Part shown: piece after piece, positions 50,301 through 61,505 of the stretch
Numbering within the stretch: position 1 is the first letter of the stretch
Layout of the letters: each line of letters begins with the position of its first letter
DNA from: Camelus dromedarius
Taxonomy: Eukaryota
Assembly (NCBI RefSeq): GCF_036321535.1
Contig: NC_087439.1
Location: 40,982,001-41,046,000 of the forward strand
Length of the DNA stretch: 64,000 nt
Direction: 5' to 3'
The notes under the pieces: generated by a model
Seen by the model: the letters and a program-made list of their open reading frames with translations, nothing else
What the model was told of the DNA's origin: nothing
Databases searched by the model: none
Program-made: the position numbers and the translations under genes

Positions 50301-51589
50301 ATTTTTTATAAAAAAGGCATGTATGGGCAATCTAGAAAGTACCTTATAGGCTTTAGGGGTTCAATGTGCCAAGGACAGCCATTCGGCATATTTTACTGAG
50401 GGAATGGAAATTTTACTTGACTCAGTGAATGATTTCACTGAAGTTTAAAAGCTTCTACAATCTTACTAGACATAGCATTGCTAGAAAACTCTGATCCATA
50501 CACTGACAAATCTTCAAGAAACTGCGGCCCAGAACTCAATTTTGTTAGTTCATCAACTTGAATACTAGCAGGCCAATCAAAAATCACATAAGCTGCCTCT
50601 TAATTTTGTAAGAAAGGTAGTAAAAAATGAAAACACTATGGATCAGATCACACGTCACAAATGATACGAATAATTCTCTCAATAGAATAATAATCTAAGC
50701 AGTATTAAGCTATAAATACGTAAGTATAACTCTCCAGAAACTATCATTTTTATCCTTCTGTAGAAACAATCCCTTTTATTCAGGGAAGAATGATCTGAAA
50801 CAATCCCTTTCTTTCTGTCATGACTATTATTTTCAATCCCAAAGAAAATAACTTAATAAAAAGTATAAATAATCCATTTGAAATCTTATTTATGTCATCA
50901 TAACTAAAACATCACAATGAAATTAAAAACCAAGTAATACTTACTGACAAAGAGCTAGGTATCTCTGTGAAAGAGTTTACCTTCCTATTTCCTTATTTTT
51001 AGGTACAAATGGCATACTAAGCAAAGAAATCTCAGCTTACATACTCTTTATTTTTCATCCAGCGACAGTAATGTTCATTGGCTTCTTATAAATGGTCACA
51101 ATTCTGACCACTAATTAGTTCAGATTAGTGAATTCTAATTAATGAATGGAAGCTGAGACCAGCACTTTAACTCTCTGGTTTAATGCTGTGTTCTAAAGGA
51201 TCTAGAATATTTTTCAGCACAAAGAAGATGCTTAATAAAATACTGTTGAATGAATGAATTCTCCAATGAATTCTTTTTTTCAGATACACACAACATATAC
51301 AGAGTCAGGTCCTCAAATCTTTTCTCAATTTAAAAAAGAATTCTAATTTCTCTAATTCACTCCTATACAACAAGCATTTATTCAGCACCTACACTGGCTT
51401 TGGATAGAAAAATAAATACATCAGTTCCTGTACTGGAAAAATAGTTTATTATTATACAATTTTGCTCAATTATGCATAGAAAGCCCCAGATGTTACCTTG
51501 TTCTCCCTTTCTCTTTCGGTGTCTTCGGTTTGATCGGTCAGTGAGCACTGGTAGAGCACACGTAACAACGGACACTGCATGCTATTACA

Positions 51590-51810
51590 CTACGATGTGG
51601 GGGAAGCTATGCAGGTATCACAGCTCATTCTTACAACAACCTTGTGAGTTGCTGTAATCTCTATTTTACAGCATAAGGAACACATCCCCAAGAGGAGAAT
51701 TAACTTGTCCTCAGTCACAGTAAATTGCAGATCTAGGTTTGAAACCCAGGGAAGTTCATTTCCAAGCCCATCTCCTTTCCCCCATGGCATTCTATTGCTG
51801 AATCTCCAAC
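51590..51810 (-). mobile_element. MIR SINE
   Basis: ctcattcttacaacaaccttgtgag...ctattttacagcataagg...aattaacttgtcctcagtcacag...ctaggtttgaaacccagg. Confidence 0.7.
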
Positions 51811-51864
51811 TGTGGGCATCCAGCGCTGGTGAAATAGCAATAGGAGATCTGGAGTGACAGATCC

Positions 51865-51915
51865 AAAAACAAACAAACAAACAAACAAAAAAACAAAACA
51901 AAACAAAACAAAAAA
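51865..51915. repeat. Compound (AAAC)n/(AAAAC)n microsatellite
   Basis: Direct reading. Confidence 0.95.
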
Positions 51916-54207
51916 TACCCCCCAACATTGTGTGAACCTATTCAATAAATACAATGTATTATTATTTTCTCTGGAACAACATCTAAAAGAAGCACTGACT
52001 CACCAGAAGAAAACCGTGAGGCATGTGTGTGCTAAAGACTAATTCACTCATCAGAACCATGCCTTCGTGCTCTATAACAAGCAAAGGAAATCACCCACAT
52101 TCTAAAAAGTAAATTTTGTGTCATCTGCCTGGTTTAAGCAACCTAAAATACCATTCATTCCTGGCCCTCTCAACTACCATGTATTTCATTTCCACAGAAA
52201 GGTAGCTAATCTAGTGTAGAAATACTGTAAAATCTATTGCAATTCTTCCTCCCAAGAAACAACAGAAGGAAATTACAAAGAAATACACAGTAGTCTCATT
52301 TATACAAACTTTCCCTAAGGAAATAGGTGGAACTAGAAACAAAGCCATACATAACATGCCAAGTACTGATGGTCAATGCAGCACAAAGTCTTAGCAAAGA
52401 TTTTGTTCAAAAATAGCCCTTAGAATATCAAAGCCATTAAAACAACTTTTTTTTTAAGCACAAGAAGTCTAGTATAATAGGTGTGTTCCTGTTATTACAA
52501 AAGCCAAGATAAAGAACTGAAATAATAATGACACATTCACTTTTTGATCCTAAAATAAAAACCAATTGGATATATTTACTGCAATGATCTCCCAAAAACA
52601 TCATTACATTCTCTTTTGTCCCCCCAAATTTCTTAAGCACCATTCTCATGTTATTCTTACTTTATTTTCTTAACCTCTTTCTACCATTTTTCTTAAGAAA
52701 AAAAATGTAAAAAGTAAAAACTAGAAAAGATAAAAATGTTATAGTTTATCTCAAAAGCAAAACTAATCCTTTAACTATTTCTCTTTGATGGATTATTGCT
52801 TATTTTCATGAACTAGGTGAGATATCTTCCAATACATCTGCACTTCAAGAAAAGACAGCTACCTTTGATCAACTGTTTTTCCAATTCATTATGAAAATTG
52901 GAAAGTCATCTTCATGTGATTCCACAAAAATAATTCTCCAAAAAAACCCCACCTCAATCAAATGTAACTAGCCATCAATTTAAACTCTTTCCAATATTTG
53001 TTTATTTAGACAACAGTTAATTACATTGTTTTCCAAAGAGTTTCTCTTTGGGGGGAAAAAATGAGCTTGGGTACACTTGTACCCAAGTGAAAACTATTAA
53101 CAAGTTACCCCAACAAATAGACTCATCAGTGGAGTATCCATATTTCTTGAGAGTTCAATGACACAATTGACAATAGATTGAAGTTTAAAAAAGGAGGGAG
53201 TGTGATAGGGTCAATAACAGGGACAGCATTGTGGGCAGGCTGAAAACAGTAGGATTTAGAAAAAACATGTTTCCAGTTTTATGTCTCCATATGTATAGCT
53301 TATGGATAATCACTGCAATCTTTGTATGAATAACTATCCTCTTTCCTTTGACAAGGTTATTGAGTGATAGGAAGACATCCACACACTCCATTTAAAGTCA
53401 TATCTCCAAGACTGCAGAAAATACTCAAATTTAATTCTAAAGATTAACACATAATTATTTCAAATATGAAAATGGAATATAATTATACTCTTACTGTTGA
53501 ATGTATAATGGGTTTGTGTTAAATAATTCTGTTACTCACCTTAGTTTTTCCCTTATTCCACCTGGTTCAGTAATTTGTTTTCTAAAGAACATATGCTTAG
53601 TGGAAGTAAACAAGACACCCCAGAAGTATATTCTCTTCTTCCTTATTAATGGCATCATTAAATCTGCCTATTTATAGTCTCAAGTATCTGACCTCATGGC
53701 CTACATGGATAAATGGATTTGTTTAGTTTTTAATCCTCAGTGTGTGCTTAGCAGCAGTTAATCAGAGGGAGATAATAACTTGATATATCTTTTTGATCTT
53801 TAAAATAAAAAATGGTGATATTACATTTTCTGTTGTTTTGACTTAAATGAACTTTAAGTATGATAAAGTTTCTTTGTGAGTGAAATTTGAAAAATATAAA
53901 TCTCATGTATTTATTTCTTTAGGAAGACTAAATTTGAATTATGCAAGTCAGATTTCTACAAGGTATTTAGAAACTTAGCCCTTGTTAATTTAATGTAACT
54001 ACTCTGATTTTATTTAACAAATTATTTTCTGGATTTAAGACATATTTTATAATAGCAAGTTGATTTATAATTTAAACACATAAAATATTTCCTAGGCACA
54101 AATAATTATTACTTTTCCTCTACTCTAATTTTTTAAAAATCTTACCACTTCTAAGAAGATTTCTTTAAAAACTAAACAGCTATGTTACAGGAAATAATTT
54201 TATGCAC

Positions 54208-54503
54208 NNNNNNNNNNNNNNNNNNNNNNNNNNNNNNNNNNNNNNNNNNNNNNNNNNNNNNNNNNNNNNNNNNNNNNNNNNNNNNNNNNNNNNNNNNNNN
54301 NNNNNNNNNNNNNNNNNNNNNNNNNNNNNNNNNNNNNNNNNNNNNNNNNNNNNNNNNNNNNNNNNNNNNNNNNNNNNNNNNNNNNNNNNNNNNNNNNNNN
54401 NNNNNNNNNNNNNNNNNNNNNNNNNNNNNNNNNNNNNNNNNNNNNNNNNNNNNNNNNNNNNNNNNNNNNNNNNNNNNNNNNNNNNNNNNNNNNNNNNNNN
54501 NNN
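54208..54503. other. Assembly gap (296 N)
   Basis: Run of N. Confidence 1.
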
Positions 54504-54988
54504 AAATCCTGCCATTTGTGATTACACAGATGGACCCTGAGGGTATTGTGCTAAGTGAAATAAATCAATCAGAGGAAAACAAATACTGTATGATATCACT
54601 TACATGTGGAATCTAAAACAGCTGAACTCAGAGAATCAGAGTTACCAGGTTCCTGGGAGCTAAAAACTAGAGAAAATGGGAGANNNNNNNNNNNNNNNNN
54701 NNNNNNNNNNNNNNNNNNNNNNNNNNNNNNNNNNNNNNNNNNNNNNNNNNNNNNNNNNNNNNNNNNNNNNNNNNNNNNNNNNNNNNNNNNNNNNNNNNNN
54801 NNNNNNNNNNNNNNNNNNNNNNNNNNNNNNAAATGGTAACTTAGTGCTATGGCAGCAACCATTTTGTAATATATAAGTGTATAAAGTCAACACACTGAAC
54901 ACCTAAAACTTATGCAATATTATGTCAATTATGTCTCATTTATATTGATATAATGTCAATTACATCTCAATAAAGCTGGAAAAAAATA
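54504..54988 (+). mobile_element. L1 3' UTR (L1MA9-like), broken by gaps
   Basis: aaatcctgccatttgtg...gatggaccctgagggtattgtgctaagtgaaataaatc...tgtcaattacatctcaataaagctggaaaaaaa. Homologous to 11700-12200. Confidence 0.8.
54684..54830. other. Assembly gap (147 N)
   Basis: Run of N. Confidence 1.
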
Positions 54989-55902
54989 TTTTCCACCACA
55001 AGACAACGTTAGCTCACATTTTTCTTCATTTTATTATTTCTTTTAAGCCACTAAACCTCCAGATATTCCACCTCAAAATTTGAGCATATACAAAAAGACT
55101 CATTTTCATATTTCATCTATGATTACATAATATTAGGTATCTATTTAAGGGATGAGGTTAGTGTGGTCTTTAAAAAAAAACAGTGAAGTTCTGGGATACA
55201 CATTTTTTAAAAAGAAGTACGTTACTCTAAGCAAAGTGATGAGTCAGGCTGTGACACATTTAATGTGTCAAGGAAAATAAACAATATACTCTCCAAATCA
55301 AAAAACCATAAATTCTTCAGCTTTTTCTATAAAAATTTTGATTAAATGAGTTCTCACACATGTTTAAAAGTGTTTAAGAGTAACAGTAGTTCAAAGTAAA
55401 ACATGAGACCATTTTGAAAAGCAGACGATTAGAAAATATGAAATGCTTTAAAACCTTTTACAAGTCATATATACTTGCGATCCTTTCAGGAAGTCTCATG
55501 AAATAGTCCCGTTCCTTTCGCTCTTTACACTTGGAGAACGCTAAACCGTCTGTGCTGTTCTGCTGCTAACACTACTGTTTATCATGCGTGGAAGTGCCAG
55601 GCACTCCTTACCTCTGGCAAATGTGTAAAAGAAGGAATTCACTGGTCTTACAAAATCATTCCGGGAATGATCATGTAACATTTTCACAGGACCTTTTTCT
55701 GAAGAGAATGTGTTTTACACTGTCATTTTAAAAAAATAACTTACCAAGCAATTTAAAACCTGGAGAATTCAATGTTTCTGTCTCCTTTATGAAGTTAAAA
55801 TGCTTGCCAATTCTCAACCTATACAATTTTTAAAAATTTTGAAGCAATATCTCACCAGATAACTTAATCATCAGATATTAGCGTTAAGAAACATGCCTAT
55901 AT

Positions 55903-56032
55903 ATAAAATTAGATTTAAAAAAGCAATGAATATATATATAAGCATGTATATGCACGACTGGGACATTGTACTGTACACCAGAAATTGACACACTGTAACT
56001 GACTATACTTCAATTTAAAAAGAAAAAGAAAA
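55903..56032 (+). mobile_element. Young camelid-type L1 3' end (130 nt) with a 17-bp TSD
   Basis: ...ctgtacaccagaaattgacacactgtaactgactatacttcaat plus an A tail. TSD aagaaacatgcctatat (55886-55902) / aagaaacacgcctatat (56033-56049). Confidence 0.85.
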
Positions 56033-56639
56033 AAGAAACACGCCTATATGATATTAAAGAAAAATCTTAAATTATTTGTAGGTAGTTTGAAGAAAGCTGG
56101 GTATGTGAAAATCAGATTCAGAGAAAAGATCAGGTATTTAATTTTGTAAAGAGGCAAAGGAACCAGGTAAACTCCCTGCGGATGCTCCAACTGGTTCAAG
56201 ACAAGCATCATTTTATGGAAACCCCACTACAGCTAGTGGAGGCTGATGCTTGAGTTACATGGCTTCACCCCACTAGTCCGAACGATATGAGCCCCGATAT
56301 GAATGAACTAGAGTCTGAAAGGCTAGATTTTACAGTCAGTCCTTTTATAAATCAATGTTCACCTCTGCAACAATTCTAGAAATGCTCACAATCAAGTATG
56401 GATTATTCAAATAAAAACAACAGAAACCCTGATCCAAAATTGCATGTCCCATTATTTTCACTAATAGAAGCAATATTTATTCTTCCACGTGCGCAATATT
56501 AAATCTGATGCAGCTTTAGCCTAAAATAAAATGAAAACTTCCCCTAGGATGTCCTTTCCGGTTTTGATGGAAGAGACTCAACGATCTCTTATAGAGCTCT
56601 GGATATTTTTCACCTACATCCCTCTCCACAACCAAACCT

Positions 56640-57800
56640 CTTTGAAAGGGTATATGTAGTTTCCATCTCTATTTCCTTACCTTGTATCTACTCATAAGTC
56701 CACACCCATCTGGCTGCCACCCATTAGCCCCAAGAAGATAAGGCTGTCCAGGATTTTTATTATCACCAATGACCCTCATGTTCTCTGTTCTTATCTCACT
56801 TGACTTCTTAGCAGTATTCTAAACAGCTGATACTGTCAATCCTGAAATCTTTGCCTGGAAGCAGATTCCCACTGTCATACATTCCAATTTTGCCAAGAGA
56901 GTCCCAGTTTGCCTCTGCTGTCCCAGCTTTAGTATTTAAAACCTAAATCCTACTCCACTTTATTTCACTCTCAAAAATGTCCCTGCTTGCACAATCACAT
57001 GGTCATCCTACCTGGGTATTAATGCCAATTTTTTTTACGTCTCCTCTTGACTGTCTAAACTTGACAATGCCAAAACATGAAACTTTCATCTCTGCTCTTT
57101 CCAAACTCAATAAACAGCCCCACTAAAGCCAAAAACCAAAGACTTAAACTTAAGTCTCTCTTCCCTTACTACCCGTATTCAGTTCAAAATAGACGCTGAA
57201 TCCCTACACTTAATCTCCACTACAGCCATCCCAGGTCAACCCACCATCCCCTCCCACCTGCACCACCATTACAGTTTCCTGCCATCTGCACTCATGCTGC
57301 AATCCAATCTCCTCCAAAAACTTCCAGGATGATCATTTTAAAACGTAAACTCCATCAATTCATTCCCCGTTTTAAATCCTCCAAAGGTTTCCTCTGGCTC
57401 TAAGAATGAATCCCAAAAGCCTCATCCCAGTGAATGAATCCCAGCAAGCCTGGCCTCTCTGGCTCTCGCAGTGCCTGCAGGAGCCCCTGGGCTCCGGCAA
57501 CCCCGGCTTCCTGCTAGGGCTGCCTTCTATGAGCCCTCCCAGGCTCCCTGGCTCTGCCTTTGCTCTTCTCGCCTAGGATGCTCTTCCCCTTGAACTTTCC
57601 TCATCACTGAGATCTCAGCTTCTTGTCAAGACTTTCAGGGATGTTGTCTACGGTAGCAAACCAGTTAAAATAGGGCTATCACCTCGCTCCATTTTAACTC
57701 TCTTTATAGCACATATCACTGCCATTCTTCTTTCATTTATTTTGTCAGTCTGACTGTCCTCCCCAGCCAGCTCCCCTCAGAATCTAAATTCTGACAAGAG
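56640..57800 (+). mobile_element. L2 fragment
   Basis: caccaatgaccctcatg...cacttgacttcttagcagtattctaaacagctga...caggatgatcattttaaaacgtaa...cctggcctctctggc. Confidence 0.7.
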
Positions 57801-58279
57801 ATATCTTGTCAGTCTAGTCTTTTCACTTGCAGGACACCTCCCAGCCTCCCACAGACAGTCAGGCCCAGGCAGGCTGTCTCCTCAGAGCAGAGGGGTCCCT
57901 GGTGAGCACCGCTACCAACAAGGCCCCCAGCTCCTGCAACAGACTGCACAGACGAGGGTCCCTCCACCAGCCACTGGCCCAGGAGTTCAGTCTGGGAGGT
58001 AAGAAGAAGCATGTAGAGGGTAGAGCTCCACCAGCTTAGATGCAAAATTAAAAGCAGGTAAGAGATGTACAAGCGGGAAATGTGGGTCAGGCCTCCACCT
58101 GTGGAACGAATTCCTCCTGCAGGTAGGCCTGAAAGGAGGCCTCTTGAGAACAAAGCTTGCCTCCAGCACTTTTGTAAAACCATGATACGATTACTTTTAC
58201 TCCTTTTGTAGCTTAGATACATAATTACAGCATCACTCCCCTGTCTTACAATAAGCAAAGTGCTACTTTTGCTCAATGT

Positions 58280-58520
58280 GGTGCAGTCCAGTAAGACAGA
58301 GCTGACACCTGGTCTGAGTCCCAGCTTAGCCATTAAGTGGCTGTGTGATCCAGGGCAAGTCACTTATCTTCACTCTGCCTTAGATCCTCATCTGCACAAG
58401 GGGGCGATAGAAATGTGCACTCAGGGGGTTACTGTGAAAATTTAGTACGTTAATAGAGGTTCACTCCTCAGCACAGTGCCTGCAGCACTGACATAGCTAA
58501 TACTTACTGAGTGTTCTAAT
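58280..58520 (+). mobile_element. MIR SINE
   Basis: tggtctgagtcccagcttagccatt...ctgtgtgatccagggcaagtcacttatcttcactctgccttagatcctcatctgcacaagggg. Confidence 0.8.
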
Positions 58521-58637
58521 GCCCCAAAAAGAACAGCAGCAGACCTTCACGGTAAACAATTTAGAAAGTGAAGTTGATTCTACTCAATACCCCCTTTTAA
58601 AAAAAGGTATATCAGTAAAAAAAAAAAAATTTATTTT

Positions 58638-59070
58638 CTAAGTGAAGTAAGCCAGAAAGAGAAAGAAAAATACCATATGAGATCACTCATATGTGGAATC
58701 TAAAAAAAAAAAAAAAAAAAAGAACATAAATAATGAAACAGAAACAGACTCATAGACATAGAATACAAATTTGTGGTTGCCAAGGGGACGGGGGGTGAGA
58801 AGGGACAGACTGGGATTTCAAAATGTAGAATAGATAAACAAGATTATACTGTATAGCACAGGAAATATATACAAGATTTTGTGGTAGCTCACAGTGAAAA
58901 AAACGTGACAATGAATATATGTTCATGTATAATTGAAAAATTGTACTCTACACTGGAGTTTGATACAACATTGTAAAATGACTATAACTCTTTGACACAA
59001 CATTGTAAAATGACTATAACTCGATAAAAAATGTTTTAAAAAAGACTAACTCAATAAAAATGTAAAAAAA
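58638..59070 (+). mobile_element. Young camelid-type L1 3' UTR (5'-truncated) with a nested micro-insertion
   Basis: ctaagtgaagtaagccagaaagagaaagaaaaataccatatgagatcactcatatgtggaatct...gtttgatacaacattgtaaaatgactataactc...aataaaaatgtaaaaaaa. Confidence 0.88.
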
Positions 59071-60520
59071 TTAAATAAAATATTAAATTTTTTTTAGTTT
59101 AGTCAATTTAAACTTAAAGATGCACACAAGCACTACACACACACACACACTTTTTTTTTTTTTAAGGATTCTGAGTGAGTCTCATGGAAAATTTTTGAGA
59201 TTTTTCATACGGGTTTTTCCTACACCAAGTTTTTAGTGTGGTTTCCTCTTGAAAAACAATTAATCATTAAACATTAGTTAAAGAGTTAAATACTATTTTC
59301 CTTAACTCCCAGGACACTGGGTTATGAGCGCCACAAAGACAGAGACACCATCACCACAAAGTATGGACAGAAGCTGCACGATTCATATTGATTTAACAAC
59401 CACTGCACTTCTGTGTATTTTCAGCTTCGTGCCTTATTTAGAAACCAAATACTGTTTGCCCTGGGCGGTGCTGCCGGTGTCTCTGCCCGGCCAAGTGGAA
59501 GTCCAAAGGCAGGGCAGGCAAAGACACAGTGGAGATGCTATGTTTTCATGAAGACATGCTGCCCCTTTGTGAGGTCTCCGGGCAAGGGGTAAATATAATC
59601 CCCAGTCAACAATTTGCTCTTCCACTTGGTCAAACTCTAGAACAGACACCCTTTAAAAGTATCTTGCCTGTGATGCTCGTATTTTCCCCTGGGTGTTTCT
59701 TTCATCTTGAAGAGAATATTAAATACACACACACATCCTACCAGAATTTCACCAGCAGTGAGTAATTTCCCCTGTAATTTAATTACTGTATTTTAGGATT
59801 GTAAAAGTTAGGTTGTATTTTAATTGTAAAAGTAATTTCCACTACTCTAAAATTGAAAACATGAAAATAAGATTCAACACCTTGAATCACCATGAATAAC
59901 AGAGAAAACAGCCATTTATCTTCTTTGCATTAAGTTATTAGACCTTTTTTTCCTTTTAACCAAAAAGTCTTTTTTTGGGGTGGAGGGTAGCTCAAATCCA
60001 TATGACAAAAACATTACAAAAATGAATCCAAAGAAAAACAGTATGCGAACACTTACGGAGAAGGGTTGGAACAGTTTTGTGAAAGTGAAATTCTTCCTCA
60101 GGAGTTGTAGAAGTGTGGGGTTAACATTTCAATTTTTAGATAAAAGCAGGCTTTGGCATCCCCCGGTCCCCAGCAGCAGCTCACACACACAGCACACTTA
60201 CAGCAGCGCATGCTCTCGGGAGAGAGCCTCTCAGGCCCTCTTCCGTTCTCCCTGCCAACAGCCCACCAACAGGCCCTCTGCTTATCTGCAAGACACTCAG
60301 GGATAAGGACTGTGCAGAGAGGCGGTCACTCACTGACATAGTACAATGAGGGGCAGGATGGGAACCTAAGTGGCCTGACTCCAGACCTGCACGCTTATCC
60401 GCTAAACTTAAAGTCAAATCTAATTCTTAAATGTGCTCCAAATTAAATCTTCCAACCCGATTTTGTTTCAAAGGGCTTAGCTGTGAAACAGCTTATCTAT
60501 AAGCACTGTACTCAAAACGC

Positions 60521-60551
<31 letters not shown>

Positions 60552-61276
60552 ATAGGGGAACTAGGCGCACAGAGAAAACCAGTAAAATAGACCTACTTTC
60601 AACCAGTATCGAGAGCATAACAAGGTATTCAAACATCATCACTGCTTTTTAAGGAAGATGTGCAAATGCTTTCCTAAATAAGTTGATGACATTATTCATT
60701 ATCAACGTACATAATTTTTAAACCTGAACAAAGCCACATATTTTATAATGATATTTTTTCTTTAGCCTCAGAGAAGACTATCCAGTAGAAAAAAGGGAAT
60801 TTTTATTCTTGTAATTTAGGACATGTTTCATTTAGATGATACTTTTAATTCCTCGGTTACTCTGCATGGCCTTTTACTTTCATGCTTTACAATTTCAGAA
60901 TTCCACAGGTTACAGAAGTGTGAATAATCTTCACGGCTAGCATGGTTATAGTACTTAATTCTCAGTGTTATAAAAGCTAAAAGAAATGCCTGATCTACTT
61001 ATTTCCAATTTCATGAGTTTTTTTTTTTACTCCATTAATAAAATTACTAATGTTTTAATATTAAAGAAAATTTCTAAAGTACAGCTGCACATCCCTAAGG
61101 AAACTCTGTGTTGCTGAATGTTTTTTTTCCTTTAAAAATACTCACATGATCAGAAAATGAGTCTAACACACTGAATAGAAAAGTATTATTATACCACTAT
61201 AAAAACTGAGCAATAAAGACCAAACTTAAGTACTTCCACTATTCTGCAAACTATGACATCAAAGTATATACATTAA

Positions 61277-61505
61277 AAACCAAACGGAAAACAGGTTAGT
61301 GGTTGCCAGGAGCTGGGGGAGGGAAGATGTGGAGTGATTGCTTGACGGTTACAGGTTTCCTCTTGGGATGATGGAATGTTCTGGAACTGGATAGTTGTGG
61401 TTGCATAACATGACACATGTATTAAATGCTACAATGCTGTGCATGTTAAAATGGTTAAAACAGTAAATTTTATGTTATGTGTATTTTATCACAATTAAAA
61501 AAAAA
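61277..61505 (+). mobile_element. L1MB-type 3' end
   Basis: caggttagtggttgccaggagctggggg...gggatgatggaatgttctggaactggatag...gtaaattttatgttatgtgtattttatcacaattaaaaaaaa. Confidence 0.8.

Noticed and set aside
54180-54902. ORFs spanning the N runs
   Set aside because: Artefacts of assembly gaps plus L1 UTR sequence.
55745-55759. 15-nt microexon with a TTG|GTAAGT donor
   Set aside because: It has an in-frame TAA and a weak acceptor context.
57809-58363. 184-aa ORF, the longest in the track
   Set aside because: It overlaps a MIR, resembles no protein I recognise and has no splice context; it is a chance ORF.
58784-58814. G-quadruplex motif GGGG-AC-GGGGGG-TGAGAA-GGG-ACAGACT-GGG
   Set aside because: It is real as a motif, but G-rich tracts are an ordinary feature of L1 3' UTRs.
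60522-60549. A28 tract (also A21 at 13600-13620) as a retro-insertion
   Set aside because: No convincing TSD or element body.
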